Shown: positions 27,930 through 38,546 of the stretch, piece by piece | Layout of the letters: each line of letters opens with the position of its first letter | Numbering within the stretch: position 1 is the stretch's first letter | Source of the DNA: Planctomycetota bacterium | GTDB taxonomy: Bacteria; Planctomycetota; UBA11346 | NCBI GenBank assembly: GCA_038213805.1 | Contig: JBBQSO010000018.1 | Location: 1-64,000 of the forward strand | Reading direction: 5' to 3' | DNA: 64,000 nt | Notes under the pieces: model-generated | Seen by the model: only the letters and a program-made list of their open reading frames with translations | Database searches by the model: none | What the model was told of the DNA's origin: nothing | Program-made: the position numbers and the translations under genes

Positions 27930-30065
27930 TCATGCGCCAACGGTGACCACGGCCCACAGCACCAGCAGCACCACCGCGACCATCAGCCAGCCGAGACCGA
28001 AGCCGAGCCAGTCGGAGCGCGTCCACACCGTGAATTCCCACGACGACCGCGGGAACAGCTTGAGATGGTCGAAGCGCCACGGCTCGGCCTCGCTGGCCGC
28101 GACCGCGCGCGCGTCCTCCTCGGGTGTTGCGCCGATGCAGGTCTTGGTCTTGGCGAAGAAGCGGTCGTCGCGCGTCCGCTGCGCGCGCTCGCGCGGGCCG
28201 TCGCGCCCGCAGCACAGCGCACTGATCAGCAGCAGCAGCACATAAGGGAAGCAGGCGTCGAACATCCACCGGCAGGTGGTCAGGCCGGCCGGTCCGAAGT
28301 CCGCCACCGGAACCCCGACCTTGGCGAGCAGCCAGGTCTCGATGACGAAGCGGCCGATGCCCTCCGGCGGCGAGGCGGGATCGGCGGGGTCGCTGCGCGC
28401 GACCTTCTCGAAGAACACCGCGGATGGGGCGAGCTCCTGCTGCCGGGTGATGCGCTCGCCCGCGCGCACGGCGCGGCCGGCCTGGACGTCGGCGGCGGTC
28501 GCGACGCCGACCACCGCGACGCTGCGCGGCGGGCTCTGCACGACCAGCGCCGGGTCGCGGCGGAAATCAGCAAACTGCGGCAGGACCCACGGCAGCAGCC
28601 CGATCACCACCAGGTGCGCGGCCATGGTCGCGTAGATCGCCGGCGGCCGCAGCCGGCGCCAGAAGAACACCAGGAAGCAGACGCCGCCGAAGAGCGTGGT
28701 GAAGGTGATGATGGTCGAGAGCAGTGAGATGACATTGGCGAAGAACATGCTGATCAACACGCTGGCCGCGAGCACCGCAGGGATGCAGAGCTTGGCGACG
28801 CGCAGGTAGTGCGCGGGCGGGCGTCCCGGCAGCAGGGTCTCATAGACGTTGCGAGTGAACAGCGCCGAGGCGCTGACGGCGTTGAAACCGACCAGCGGCA
28901 TGTGCCCGAGGAGCATCCCGGAGATCATCAGCCCGAGCAGGCCAGGGGCGAGCAGGGTCACGGCGAGCACTCCCCAGGCGCTGTCCGGGTCGGCGAGTCC
29001 GGCGGGGAACAGCGCCGCGACCAGCAGCCCGCAGAGCATCCACGCGATCAGCACGAAGCGTTTGGCGAGGGCGCCGCCCAGCGAGCCGGTGCGCAGCGCG
29101 CGCTCATTGCGCCCCGCCGCCGCGCTCGGGCCAACCGAGCCGGCCGCGCCGGGGGTGACCACCAGCGCCACGAAGAACATCGCACCGATCGAATACCACG
29201 TGTACTCGCTCATCGCGGCGCTGCCGAACAGCGCGAACTTTTCCTCGGGGACCAGACGGTGCAGGCCGGCGAAACCACCGATCCGGGCCAGTCCGATGGG
29301 GACCATGACCACCGAAAACACCACGATGAGCACACCCTGCACCGCATCGGTGAGCGCCGCCGCGCGCAGACCGCCCAGCATGATGTAGACCGAGACCACC
29401 AGCGCGTAGGCCACCGCGAACCACGTCGGCTGCAGCCACGAGACGTAGGAGTGCAGGTCGCCATGCCGGCTCTGTGCGATCAGCGCGTGATAACGCTCGC
29501 GTGCCACCGCCGGAAGCGCGCCGGCGCCAGCCTGCGCCGTGAGCTGCTGCAACTCGCGGAAGCCCTCCACCGAGGTGCGCTCCGCCGGCGACCACTCCAC
29601 CTCGGCCTTGACCACCATCGCCGAGGAGACCTTGTAGGAGATGATGTTGCCCATGCCCAGCACCAGCATCGAGATGACGATCTGCAGCAGGGCGTACCCC
29701 ATGGCCAGACCGCGGTTGGCGAAGCGGTCCGCAAGCAGATCGCCGACCGTCATCGCGCGTGTGCGACGGAACCAGATGCTGCTGAACCAGTAGAAGGGCG
29801 TGCAGAACAATACCTGGAGCGAGATCCACATCCCGCCCACGCCCTGGCGGGCGACCTCGGTGGCTACCGTGGGCGCGCCGTTGGAATCGGACATCATGCC
29901 GAAATTGAGGAAGAACTGCAGCCAGCCGCCGAGGTTGCGCCCACCGACGAAGAAGTCGGACTCACCGGTGATGCCGCGCGCCAGCACCGCACCCATCACC
30001 AGCAGGGCGATCAGGAAGGCGACGACGATCGCGATGTCGAGGATGTGCAGGCCGAAGACGTGCAT
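27930..30065 (-). CDS. Sodium:solute symporter (SSS) family transporter
   Basis: DFFVGGR.LG, YIMLGGLRAAALTD.VQG and many TM helices. Confidence 0.92.
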   Translation of the reverse strand: MHVFGLHILDIAIVVAFLIALLVMGAVLARGITGESDFFVGGRNLGGWLQFFLNFGMMSDSNGAPTVATEVARQGVGGMWISLQVLFCTPFYWFSSIWFRRTRAMTVGDLLADRFANRGLAMGYALLQIVISMLVLGMGNIISYKVSSAMVVKAEVEWSPAERTSVEGFRELQQLTAQAGAGALPAVARERYHALIAQSRHGDLHSYVSWLQPTWFAVAYALVVSVYIMLGGLRAAALTDAVQGVLIVVFSVVMVPIGLARIGGFAGLHRLVPEEKFALFGSAAMSEYTWYSIGAMFFVALVVTPGAAGSVGPSAAAGRNERALRTGSLGGALAKRFVLIAWMLCGLLVAALFPAGLADPDSAWGVLAVTLLAPGLLGLMISGMLLGHMPLVGFNAVSASALFTRNVYETLLPGRPPAHYLRVAKLCIPAVLAASVLISMFFANVISLLSTIITFTTLFGGVCFLVFFWRRLRPPAIYATMAAHLVVIGLLPWVLPQFADFRRDPALVVQSPPRSVAVVGVATAADVQAGRAVRAGERITRQQELAPSAVFFEKVARSDPADPASPPEGIGRFVIETWLLAKVGVPVADFGPAGLTTCRWMFDACFPYVLLLLISALCCGRDGPRERAQRTRDDRFFAKTKTCIGATPEEDARAVAASEAEPWRFDHLKLFPRSSWEFTVWTRSDWLGFGLGWLMVAVVLLVLWAVVTVGA

Positions 30066-30268
30066 GCGCAGGATCCGGAGGCGGCGGGGGTGCGGCGGGG
30101 GAAGGTTACTCCGCGCGCCGGCTCGAAGCCACCGGCGCCACGGTGGCGCGGGCGAGAGGATGGAGGAGCCCGGCGGCGTCCGCAATTGGGCATTTCCCAC
30201 CGTCGCGGGTCACGAACACGCTCAGCCGCGCCGTCCAGGCTGCGGCGCGGCCGCCGGTCCGGAAGCCG

Positions 30269-31345
30269 TCAGGGAGCAGGCGAGATCTCGGGCGCGATCA
30301 CCACCGTGCGCCGTGGCCGTCGCGGCTCGGCGATGCGTTCAAGGAGCAGGTCCACCGCTGCGGCGGCGATGGCCTCGCAGCCGATGTCGATGTTGTCAAT
30401 CGCGTGCGGCAGGGCCGCGAGCAGGTCGCGGTCGTGACAGCAGGCGACGACCGCGATCTTCGGACGCTTCCCGGCTGCGCGTCCAGCCTCGGCCACCACC
30501 TGCACGACCAGACTGACGACCAGGCCGGTGCCGGGCATGAACACCCCGAGCCCGGCGGGGGCGAGGTGCGCCGTGACCTGGCCGCGCAGCTGCTCGGGAT
30601 CAGCGACGGCCACCGCGAGGTAACTGGTCGACACGCCGAGCTCGGCGGCGCGCCGGTCGAAGGCCACGCGGCGCGCAGCGTGCGCGGGGTTGTGCGGCGT
30701 GTCGTCGATCAGCAACAGGTGGCGGCAGCCACGCTGCGCCAGGCGTTCGGCGGCAAGTCGGCCGATCAGCGGGCTGTCCGGCATGACCAGGTCGCAAGCC
30801 GGGGTGCGCGCGGTCTCGAACATCACCACCGCGGGGAAGCCGCGCAGCGCGGGCACCACCCACTCCGGACCGCTGCGGATCAGCACGCCGTCGGCTTGGC
30901 GCGGATCGAGGCAGTCGGGCAGCGTCTCCAACGTTGGCAGGCGCGTGACGATCAGCTGCAGGTGCTGGTCGGCGATGCGCCGGTCGATGCCCTCGATCAG
31001 GCGCGCGCTCAGCGGCGTGCGCATCGCCGCGAGGGTGACGTCCGGGAACAGCAGGGCGATGCGCCCGGTGTGCAGGCCGCGCCGTGCGCGCGAACCCTGG
31101 CGCCGGCCATCGCTGGTCGCGCGCGGCACGTAGCCGAGCGCGGTCATGGCGGCACGCACCGCCGCGGCGGTGGCGGTGCTGACACGCGGGTCGCCGTTGA
31201 TCACGCGCGATACCGTCATGGTCGAGACTCCGGCCTGCGCGGCGACAGCGCTCAGGGGCAGCGGTCGTGAGGTGCGCTTGGGACGCGGGGCGTCCGTGGC
31301 GGCGGGCGTAGCGGGACGCCGGGGGGATGGCGGTCGCGCGCTCAT
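30269..31345 (-). CDS. LacI-family transcriptional regulator
   Basis: LSAVAAQAGVSTMTVSRVIN...VS..T...V..AM..LGY.P HTH; periplasmic-binding-like core. Confidence 0.92.
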   Translation of the reverse strand: MSARPPSPRRPATPAATDAPRPKRTSRPLPLSAVAAQAGVSTMTVSRVINGDPRVSTATAAAVRAAMTALGYVPRATSDGRRQGSRARRGLHTGRIALLFPDVTLAAMRTPLSARLIEGIDRRIADQHLQLIVTRLPTLETLPDCLDPRQADGVLIRSGPEWVVPALRGFPAVVMFETARTPACDLVMPDSPLIGRLAAERLAQRGCRHLLLIDDTPHNPAHAARRVAFDRRAAELGVSTSYLAVAVADPEQLRGQVTAHLAPAGLGVFMPGTGLVVSLVVQVVAEAGRAAGKRPKIAVVACCHDRDLLAALPHAIDNIDIGCEAIAAAAVDLLLERIAEPRRPRRTVVIAPEISPAP

Positions 31346-31530
31346 GGGACTGCCCCTGACCGCACGCCTGTGACCGCGCCAGCCGGCAATCGGCAGCGCC
31401 GGATCGGTGCGGCACGATGTCGGGCAGAGCGGGGCATCAGGGTGGAGCTCGTGAGGATGGTGGACGAGGCGTCCAGTGGCGGATGCAGCATGCGGCGCCC
31501 ATGCGACGCTCAACGGGGGCCTTCAATTTC

Positions 31531-31545
31531 TGTATCATGTTACGT
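31531..31545. promoter_or_regulatory. Candidate operator TGTAWCATGWTACGT, copy 2
   Basis: TGTATCATGTTACGT between divergent lacI and esterase, next to minus-strand TTGAAA. Confidence 0.65.
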
Positions 31546-31760
31546 ATTTCAAGCCCGCTCTCCTGCGAGATCGCATGCCAAGCCTTTCCCGGATCGCGCG
31601 TGCACTGCACTCCGGCACCGTGGTGCTCGCAGAGGCGGTGGCGGATGCCGCCACCGCGCCGCCAAGAGGACCAGGCCGACGCGCTGCACCTCGCGGTCGG
31701 ACTCGACCACCTCACGAGTGTGGCGATCAGCAGCGTCGCGAACAGCGTTGTGCAGAGGAA

Positions 31761-32789
31761 TTGATCCGCCCGTCCGCACGCCACGACCGGACGTGGCGCC
31801 GCTGGATCGGAGCCTGGAACGCGGCGGCACTGCGCTTGTACGCAGCCGCGCTGCTCGTCGCGATGACCAGCGGCGCGCAGCTCGCCGCTGCCGCTCTCGA
31901 GACCTACGTGCGCAGCACGCAGGCACCGACGCCGATCCCCTACAAGACCGTCGACGGCGCGACCCTGAACCTATGGATGCTGCCGGCGGCGGGCGCGCCT
32001 GGCGACGAGCGCCATGCGGCGCTGCTGCTGATCCACGGTGGAGCGTGGCGCGCGGGCGACGCCAAGGTCTTCTTCCCGCATGCCCGCTATTTCGCCACCC
32101 GCGGGCTGGCCACGTTCAGCGTCGACTACCGTCTGCTCACCCCGACCGGGCCCGGCATCGGCGAGTGCCTGGCGGATTGCGCCTCGGCAGTGCGCTACAT
32201 CCGAGCGCACGCAGCAGCGCTGGGCGTGGATCCTGGGCGCATCGCAGTGCTCGGCGACTCCGCGGGTGGCCACCTCGCCGCGGCTCTGGGCACGCTCCGC
32301 GGTTTCGACGACGAGCACGGTGATCCGCTGGTGAGCGCGCTGCCGGATGCGCTGATCCTGTGCAACCCGATCCTCGACCTGACCGAGGGCGACTGGATGC
32401 AATTCATCATCCGCGGCCCCGCGCTGCAACGTGGGGCGGACCCCGCGGCACTGCGCCCGTCGCCCGCGCAGACGCAGCTCGCGCAGCGGCTCTCACCGCA
32501 ATCAGCGGTCCGCACCGGACTGCCGCCGACCCTGCTCATGCATGGACTCGACGACCATGTCGTCAATCCCGATCAGGCCCGCCGTTTCGCCGCGGCCACG
32601 CGCGCCGCCGGCAACCGCTGCGACCTGACGCTGATCCCCAACGCCCGGCACGCCTTCATCATCGCCGGCTACACTGCACCCGCGACGCAGGTGGTGGAGG
32701 CGATCCGCGCGGCGGATCTGTTCCTGATGTCGCTCGGGTTTGTGCAAGGACCGCCGACGATCATGGCAGAAGCGGATGCGGGGAAATGA
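31761..32789 (+). CDS. Secreted alpha/beta-hydrolase esterase (HGGxW type); start uncertain
   Basis: IHGGAW..G, VDYRL, GDSAGGHLA, PPTLLMHG..D and H.F. Confidence 0.88.
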   Translation: MIRPSARHDRTWRRWIGAWNAAALRLYAAALLVAMTSGAQLAAAALETYVRSTQAPTPIPYKTVDGATLNLWMLPAAGAPGDERHAALLLIHGGAWRAGDAKVFFPHARYFATRGLATFSVDYRLLTPTGPGIGECLADCASAVRYIRAHAAALGVDPGRIAVLGDSAGGHLAAALGTLRGFDDEHGDPLVSALPDALILCNPILDLTEGDWMQFIIRGPALQRGADPAALRPSPAQTQLAQRLSPQSAVRTGLPPTLLMHGLDDHVVNPDQARRFAAATRAAGNRCDLTLIPNARHAFIIAGYTAPATQVVEAIRAADLFLMSLGFVQGPPTIMAEADAGK

Positions 32790-32834
32790 CGGAAGCAGAG
32801 CGTGGTCGAGGGATCTGGTGACGAGATGCCCCGG

Positions 32835-34301
32835 CTACCTTGTCGCCGCGGTGACGGCGACCCGCTCGCCAGCGATCTCAACCACGACGACCGTGGCCAT
32901 CACGTCCGGGGCGTAATGCGGCAGCTGCACGACCCGCTCGCCGTCCGCGGCGCCGGTGACGGCCAGCGGCTGGCCAGGATCACCGAGCAGATACGCCTTG
33001 GTAATCTCGTTGGCGAAGCGCGGCAGCCGCAAACCGCTCGCGGACCAGTGGAAAATGCTGAAGTACAGCTTCCCCGGCGCGGTGGTGCAACGCCAGTTGG
33101 TGAAGGGGATGTGCGGCACCCGCGCCGCATCGTCCTTGGGCGTGCGCCCGTAGGTCGGGAAGCCTTCGCCGAACGGCGACGTCCCCCGACCGTAGACCGC
33201 CTCGCCGTTGGCCTTGAGCCAGCGCCCGACGGTGACGAGGTTGCTGGCAGCGACTTCGGGAATGGTGCCGAGCGCGGTCGGGCCCACGTCGAGCAGGTAG
33301 TTGCCGCCTTTGCTGGCCACATCGATGAGGGTGAGTAGGACCTGGCTGGGCGCCTTGTAATCACCGTCGTTCCGGTCGAAACCCCAATTGTGGTTCAGCT
33401 CGCCCGGGGTCTCCCAATCCCCGCCCACCGCCGCGCTGGGGATGCCGTTGTCGCCCATGGTCGCATAGTCCCCCGGCACGCCCAGCCGCCCGTCGATGAG
33501 ACAGGCGGGCTGGAGCGCGTGCACCAGATCACTGATGCGCCGGCCACGCGCCTCGTTCATCAGCGCCGGCGTGTCGAAGAAGAGTTCGCACACCGGACCG
33601 TAGCCGGTGAGGAGCTCCTTGACCTGCGGCTCGACCTTGGTCTGCAGGTAGTGGTCGAAGGAGCCGTCGCGGTCCTTCTCGGAATCGCGGGCGAAGTCCC
33701 AGGAATTGCCCTCGCCGCCGGGTTCATGCCAATCCACCGCTTGCGAATAGTAGAAGCCGAGGCGCAGGCCGTGCTTCGCGCATGCGACCGCCAGCTCGCG
33801 GAGCGGATCACGGTGGAAGGGTGTGGCGTCGTAGATGTTGTAGGCGGAGGCCTGCGAACGGTACATGGCGAAGCCATCGCCGTGCTTGGCGGTGATGACG
33901 ATGTAGCGCATGCCCGCATCCTGGGCGAGCTGCGCCCACTGGTCGGCGTCGAAGCGCACGGGGTTGAACTGCGGCGCGAGCTGCTCGTACTCCTTCACCG
34001 GTATCGGCACGTGCGCCATGATCCACTCGCTGCTCGGGCGCACGCGCTTGCCCTGCCACTCGCCGGCCGGAATGGCGTAGAGGCCCCAGTGGATGAACAG
34101 GCCGTATTTGGCCTCGCGGAACCACGCCATCTTCGCGTCTTGCGACGGCGCAGCTGGAAGTGCCGGCGGCAGGTCGGCGACAGCGGGCGCCGGGACGGTT
34201 ACGGCCGCGTCGGCCGCCCAACCACCGGGGGCGAACAGCATACCCGTCGCCAACGCGAGGGCGTGGATGGGCGATGCAGAGGAACGGGCGCCGCGGGACA
34301 T
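32835..34301 (-). CDS. GH29 alpha-L-fucosidase family
   Basis: WFREAKYGLFIHWG, EW, FNP..FDA..W, AGMRY...TAKHGDGF, GFYYS..DW, FDTP, WET and SKGGNYLL. Confidence 0.92.
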   Translation of the reverse strand: MSRGARSSASPIHALALATGMLFAPGGWAADAAVTVPAPAVADLPPALPAAPSQDAKMAWFREAKYGLFIHWGLYAIPAGEWQGKRVRPSSEWIMAHVPIPVKEYEQLAPQFNPVRFDADQWAQLAQDAGMRYIVITAKHGDGFAMYRSQASAYNIYDATPFHRDPLRELAVACAKHGLRLGFYYSQAVDWHEPGGEGNSWDFARDSEKDRDGSFDHYLQTKVEPQVKELLTGYGPVCELFFDTPALMNEARGRRISDLVHALQPACLIDGRLGVPGDYATMGDNGIPSAAVGGDWETPGELNHNWGFDRNDGDYKAPSQVLLTLIDVASKGGNYLLDVGPTALGTIPEVAASNLVTVGRWLKANGEAVYGRGTSPFGEGFPTYGRTPKDDAARVPHIPFTNWRCTTAPGKLYFSIFHWSASGLRLPRFANEITKAYLLGDPGQPLAVTGAADGERVVQLPHYAPDVMATVVVVEIAGERVAVTAATR

Positions 34302-34781
34302 GGCATGGATCCTTGGTTGTAAGTTGGTGCGGGCCGGCCGGTCACACCACGCACACAACCGAGGTACCGGATGCGGGCTGCTTCCGTTTATAGGACTTGG
34401 GTCCCCCACCACGGTCGCCTTGTCACCTGTTTCGGAAGCAGACTTCGTCGAGTGACAGGAGTCTCATTCTTTGCGACATGTCGTCACTCAACCCCACCGC
34501 CAGGACGGGTATCCACTACACATGGCCCAGACCCCGAACTGGTCACCCCGAAGGCGAACCCCCGAGAAGTGGCACTGGTGCGCCTGCGCCGCGCTCGCCG
34601 CACTCCTTGCGGCAGATGACCCGGCCTGCGCTTGGCCGCCAGCCGTGAACCAACCAGTGGGGGCTGGGCGGAACCATCGCTCGCCCCGGCTTGGCGCGCG
34701 GGTTCGAGCACAACCGCCTCGCCGGCCTCGGTGGCGTGCTTCTCATCCTCGTGGCCCGCTCCGCCTGTACGTGATCGCACC

Positions 34782-35654
34782 ATGATCCTGCCTGCCCCGC
34801 ACGGCGACCTCGAACCCCTCGCCCTGGCCCTGTCCGGACTGCGCGCCGAGCGCCACCGCGACCACCCGCCCGAGGGCGTCATGGTCGCGCTGCGCACCGT
34901 GCAGCACCTGCGGGTGACGCGCGGGCGCTTCGGTCCGAGCTGGTCGCCGCGTCTGGTCCTGGCCAAATGGTGCATCTCCGGTGCCGCAGTCATGGAGCTG
35001 GACGGCGAGCGTCTACCGATCCTTCCCGGCCAGGTGGCCATCTATCTGCCGACCAGTCCACATCGCTTCTGGGCGCTCGAAGCCAGCAACGAGATGTGCT
35101 GGTTCACCACCGATGGACCGTGCGCCGAGCAGCTGGTGCTGGAGCTCGGGCTACGCCCGGGCGTCTACACCGTACCGCCGCCCAGCCCCGAAAGCCTGCG
35201 GCAGATGGCGGAGAGTCTGGCCGACCCCTCAACCGCGGCACGGCGCAGCGCCAGCCTGCTGGTCATCGCGGAGTGGCACCGCCTCGCCGACGTCATCGGC
35301 GTGCAGCCGCGCGTCTCGCTCATCGGCCGCGTCACCGAGATCATCGCCCAGGAGTTCGCCGACCCGGAACTGTCGGCGGCGAGCATCGCACAGCGCACCG
35401 GCTACCACCGCGGCTCGCTGAGCCGCATCTTCACGCGCGAGACTGGCGAGACCATCATCGGCCACCTCACCAGCGTGCGCCTGCGCGAAGCCCGCGCCCT
35501 GCTGAACCACACCCGGGAGCCGGTGGTGGCGATCGCGCGGCAATGCGGTTTCCGCGACGTCGCCTACTTCTGCCGCTGGTTCCGCAAGCACACCGGCACG
35601 TCGCCCGGCGGGGGGCGACGTGGATCGCAGGAGGGCGGCTCAGTGGTGAGGTGA
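34782..35654 (+). CDS. AraC-family transcriptional regulator
   Basis: DPELS..SIA...G...LSRIF..ETG and IARQCGF.D..YFCRWFRK.TG.SP. Confidence 0.9.
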   Translation: MILPAPHGDLEPLALALSGLRAERHRDHPPEGVMVALRTVQHLRVTRGRFGPSWSPRLVLAKWCISGAAVMELDGERLPILPGQVAIYLPTSPHRFWALEASNEMCWFTTDGPCAEQLVLELGLRPGVYTVPPPSPESLRQMAESLADPSTAARRSASLLVIAEWHRLADVIGVQPRVSLIGRVTEIIAQEFADPELSAASIAQRTGYHRGSLSRIFTRETGETIIGHLTSVRLREARALLNHTREPVVAIARQCGFRDVAYFCRWFRKHTGTSPGGGRRGSQEGGSVVR

Positions 35655-35692
35655 AGGTCCGCGCTGGATCGGGACCGGGGTCATGGCCCCGC

Positions 35693-38161
35693 CTACGGTG
35701 GTCGAGTGAGCGTGATCTCGACGCGGCCATCTACGCGTACCACCACCGCCAGGGGCCGAGCGCTGATCAGCGCATAGGACGTCACCTTCCCATCCTGCCA
35801 GGCGACGTCGACCGACATGCCGCCGCGCGCCCGCAGACCGGAGACAGAACCACTGCGCCAACGTGCCGGCAAGGCGGGAAGCAGCGAGAGGATGAACGGC
35901 GCGCGGGGCTGTGCACCGGAGTCGGTAAAGCCATCCAGGGCCGGAATCGGCTCGTGCGATTGCAACAACATCTCCGCGATGCCGGCGGTGGCGCCGAAAT
36001 TGCCGTCGATCTGGAAGGGCGGGCAGGTGTCGAGCAGATTGGGCAGGGTGGAGGTGGCGAGCGCCCCGCGGAGCAGCGCCTCGGCATGGTCACCGTCCTC
36101 CAGGCGCGCCCACAGGCTGATCTTCCACGCCCGGCTCCAACCGGTTCCGCCGTCCCCGCGCGCGGCCAGCGACCGGCGCGCCGCAGCGGCCAGCTCAGGG
36201 GTTCCGCGCACCGTGATGTCGGCGGCGGGGAACAGCCCGAAGAGGTGCGAGACGTGACGATGCTGCGGCTCGGTCTCGGCGAAGTCCTCGCGCCATTCCT
36301 GTAGCCGGCCGCCCGCGGCCACGCGCCAGGGCGCGAGCTTCGCCAGGGCGCTGCGCAGGTCGGCGCGGAAGGCGTCGTCGACGCCCAGCGCCGCCGCGTC
36401 GGCCAGGGTGTTTGCGAACAGGTCGTGGATGATCGAGAGGTCCATGGTGCTGCCCCGGCTGACTGCGGCGGTGCGCTCCTTCCCGGCCGCGTCGCGGTAG
36501 CGGAAGGCGTTCTCGGGTGAGGTGCTGACCGGCGTGATCAGCTGCCCCTTGCCGTCGTCGACCAGCCAATCCAGGTAGAAGAGGCAGGCATCCTTCAACA
36601 GCGGATAGGCATCCTCAGCCAGGAAGCGGCGGTCGCCGCTGAACAGCCAGTGTTCGTGCAATTGGCGGCACAGCCAGCCGCTGCCCAACGGCCAGAAGGC
36701 CACCTGCGCCTGGTTGTCGACCGGTTGGGCGTCGCGCCACAGCGTGGTGTTGTGGTGCGCAACCCAGCCGCGACAGCCGTACATGGCGTGCGCGACCTTA
36801 CTGCCCTCGACGGCGAGCTCGCCGATCATGCGCAGCAACGGTTCGGAGCATTCCGCGAGGTTGCAGGGCTCGGCCGGCCAATAGTTCATCTCGGCGTTGA
36901 TGTTGAGGGTATAGCCGCACGCCCACGGCGGGATCACCTGGTCATTCCAGATGCCCTGCAGGTTGAGCGGCTGGGTGCCGGGGCGCGAGCCGGCGATCAT
37001 CAGATAACGGCCGAAGCGGAAGAGCAGCGCCTCGAGCGCCGGGTCCGGGGCCTTCAACCGCTGGTCGGTGGGAGTCCCGGCCGCAGTGGACGCCGCGACG
37101 GCATCGCCGAGCTCGAGGCGTACCCGACCGTACAGGGCGCGGTAGTCGGCGTCATGGCGCGCGCGCAGTTCGTCGTACGAGCGCTGCGTGGCCGCGGCCA
37201 GCACCGTCGCGGTGCGCGGCGCCGGCTCGACCGCAGGCCTGCCGTAACCGTCGTAGCCGGACGCCGCGGCGAGGATGATGGTCGCCTCGTCGGCGCCCGT
37301 GACGGCGAGACCATCGGCGGTGGCGGCGACGCTGCCGCCACTCAGGCGCAGCCGCGCGACGGCGTGGAAAGCCAGCCCCTGGCCGTCGTACAGGACCTGC
37401 GCCGCCTGCGCGCGGCGCTTGCCCGCGGCGTCCCACAGCGCGGGATACTTCCAGGTGTCGTGCCGCCGCTCGACCCAGTCGAGGGTGCGGCGCAACACGA
37501 AGCCGGGCAGGCGCCCGGTCATCGCCACACCGTCGGCGCCGGCGCTGACCGCCACGGGGTGCGGCGAGCCGAGCGTCAGCCGGAAGGAGATGCTGCCCGG
37601 GCTGCTGGCCGTGCAGTGCAGGACCAGGGCGTCATCGGGATGGCTGACGAAGCACTCGCGGGTGAAGGTGACCTCGCCGCTCGTGAAGCGCACCCGGCAC
37701 AGCGCATGACCGAGGTCCAATTCGCGCCGGTAGCCACTCGTAGCCCCGGGCAGGGCGAAGCTCAGGCGCAGGTCGCCGAGCGGCTGGTAGCAGGCCCACG
37801 ACGCGCCGAGCCAGTGCGCGTCCATCAGCTGCTCGGCCTCCTTGAACTTCCGCTCCGTCAGCATGCCGGTGACCAGCGGCAGCTCGGCGCGGATGTCGAG
37901 CGGCAGGTCGCGGTAGCCGGGATGGCCCGAGGTCAGGGTGTCCTCGTTGAGCTGCAGGTGCTCCTCGGCCGCATCGCCGAAGACCATGGCCCCGAGGTGG
38001 CCGTTGCCGATGGGCAGGGCCTCGTCCCAGCTGGCCGCGGGGCGCCCGAACCAGACCTTGTCCAGGTCATCGGCGCCGCTGCCCGCCAGCACCGCGATGA
38101 CCAGGACGGCGACGCAGCGCAGGACCCGGCACAAGCGGGCGATCGCGGGCGGGCGGGACAT
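35693..38161 (-). CDS. GH95 alpha-L-fucosidase/alpha-L-galactosidase family
   Basis: WDEALPIGNG.LGAM, QLNEDT, FGRYLMI..SR, NLQGIWN, YTLNIN.EMNYW, SPEN, HRHVSHL and PPFQIDGNFG. Confidence 0.95.
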   Translation of the reverse strand: MSRPPAIARLCRVLRCVAVLVIAVLAGSGADDLDKVWFGRPAASWDEALPIGNGHLGAMVFGDAAEEHLQLNEDTLTSGHPGYRDLPLDIRAELPLVTGMLTERKFKEAEQLMDAHWLGASWACYQPLGDLRLSFALPGATSGYRRELDLGHALCRVRFTSGEVTFTRECFVSHPDDALVLHCTASSPGSISFRLTLGSPHPVAVSAGADGVAMTGRLPGFVLRRTLDWVERRHDTWKYPALWDAAGKRRAQAAQVLYDGQGLAFHAVARLRLSGGSVAATADGLAVTGADEATIILAAASGYDGYGRPAVEPAPRTATVLAAATQRSYDELRARHDADYRALYGRVRLELGDAVAASTAAGTPTDQRLKAPDPALEALLFRFGRYLMIAGSRPGTQPLNLQGIWNDQVIPPWACGYTLNINAEMNYWPAEPCNLAECSEPLLRMIGELAVEGSKVAHAMYGCRGWVAHHNTTLWRDAQPVDNQAQVAFWPLGSGWLCRQLHEHWLFSGDRRFLAEDAYPLLKDACLFYLDWLVDDGKGQLITPVSTSPENAFRYRDAAGKERTAAVSRGSTMDLSIIHDLFANTLADAAALGVDDAFRADLRSALAKLAPWRVAAGGRLQEWREDFAETEPQHRHVSHLFGLFPAADITVRGTPELAAAARRSLAARGDGGTGWSRAWKISLWARLEDGDHAEALLRGALATSTLPNLLDTCPPFQIDGNFGATAGIAEMLLQSHEPIPALDGFTDSGAQPRAPFILSLLPALPARWRSGSVSGLRARGGMSVDVAWQDGKVTSYALISARPLAVVVRVDGRVEITLTRPP

Positions 38162-38546
38162 GGCGTGGTCTTCCAGCGCGCTTGGGACGGCGCAGCGCAG
38201 CACCCTACCCTGGCGTTGCCATCGCTGCGGGGAACGGCTTTGTTGTCATCGCGATGGGAAAGGCGTCGCCACCAGGAACCGTGATCCGATACGATGCGAT
38301 ATCCGGCCATGAGAACTGGATGTTTCTGATGCGATAGTGCCGATCTTTCACAGGAAGACCTGCGCTGCGATCCGCAATGGTCGCCCGCAAGAGTACCGTG
38401 AACGTCACGAAAATCCTAAGCACATCGGCGTCGAACGCACTATCCATGACACCATCACGGACATTGAGTGGCGACCTATCCGCATGCCGTGTGGCGACGG
38501 CGTAGCGGTCGACGCCGGATTCCGCCGCCCACGACCGAGAGCCCTC

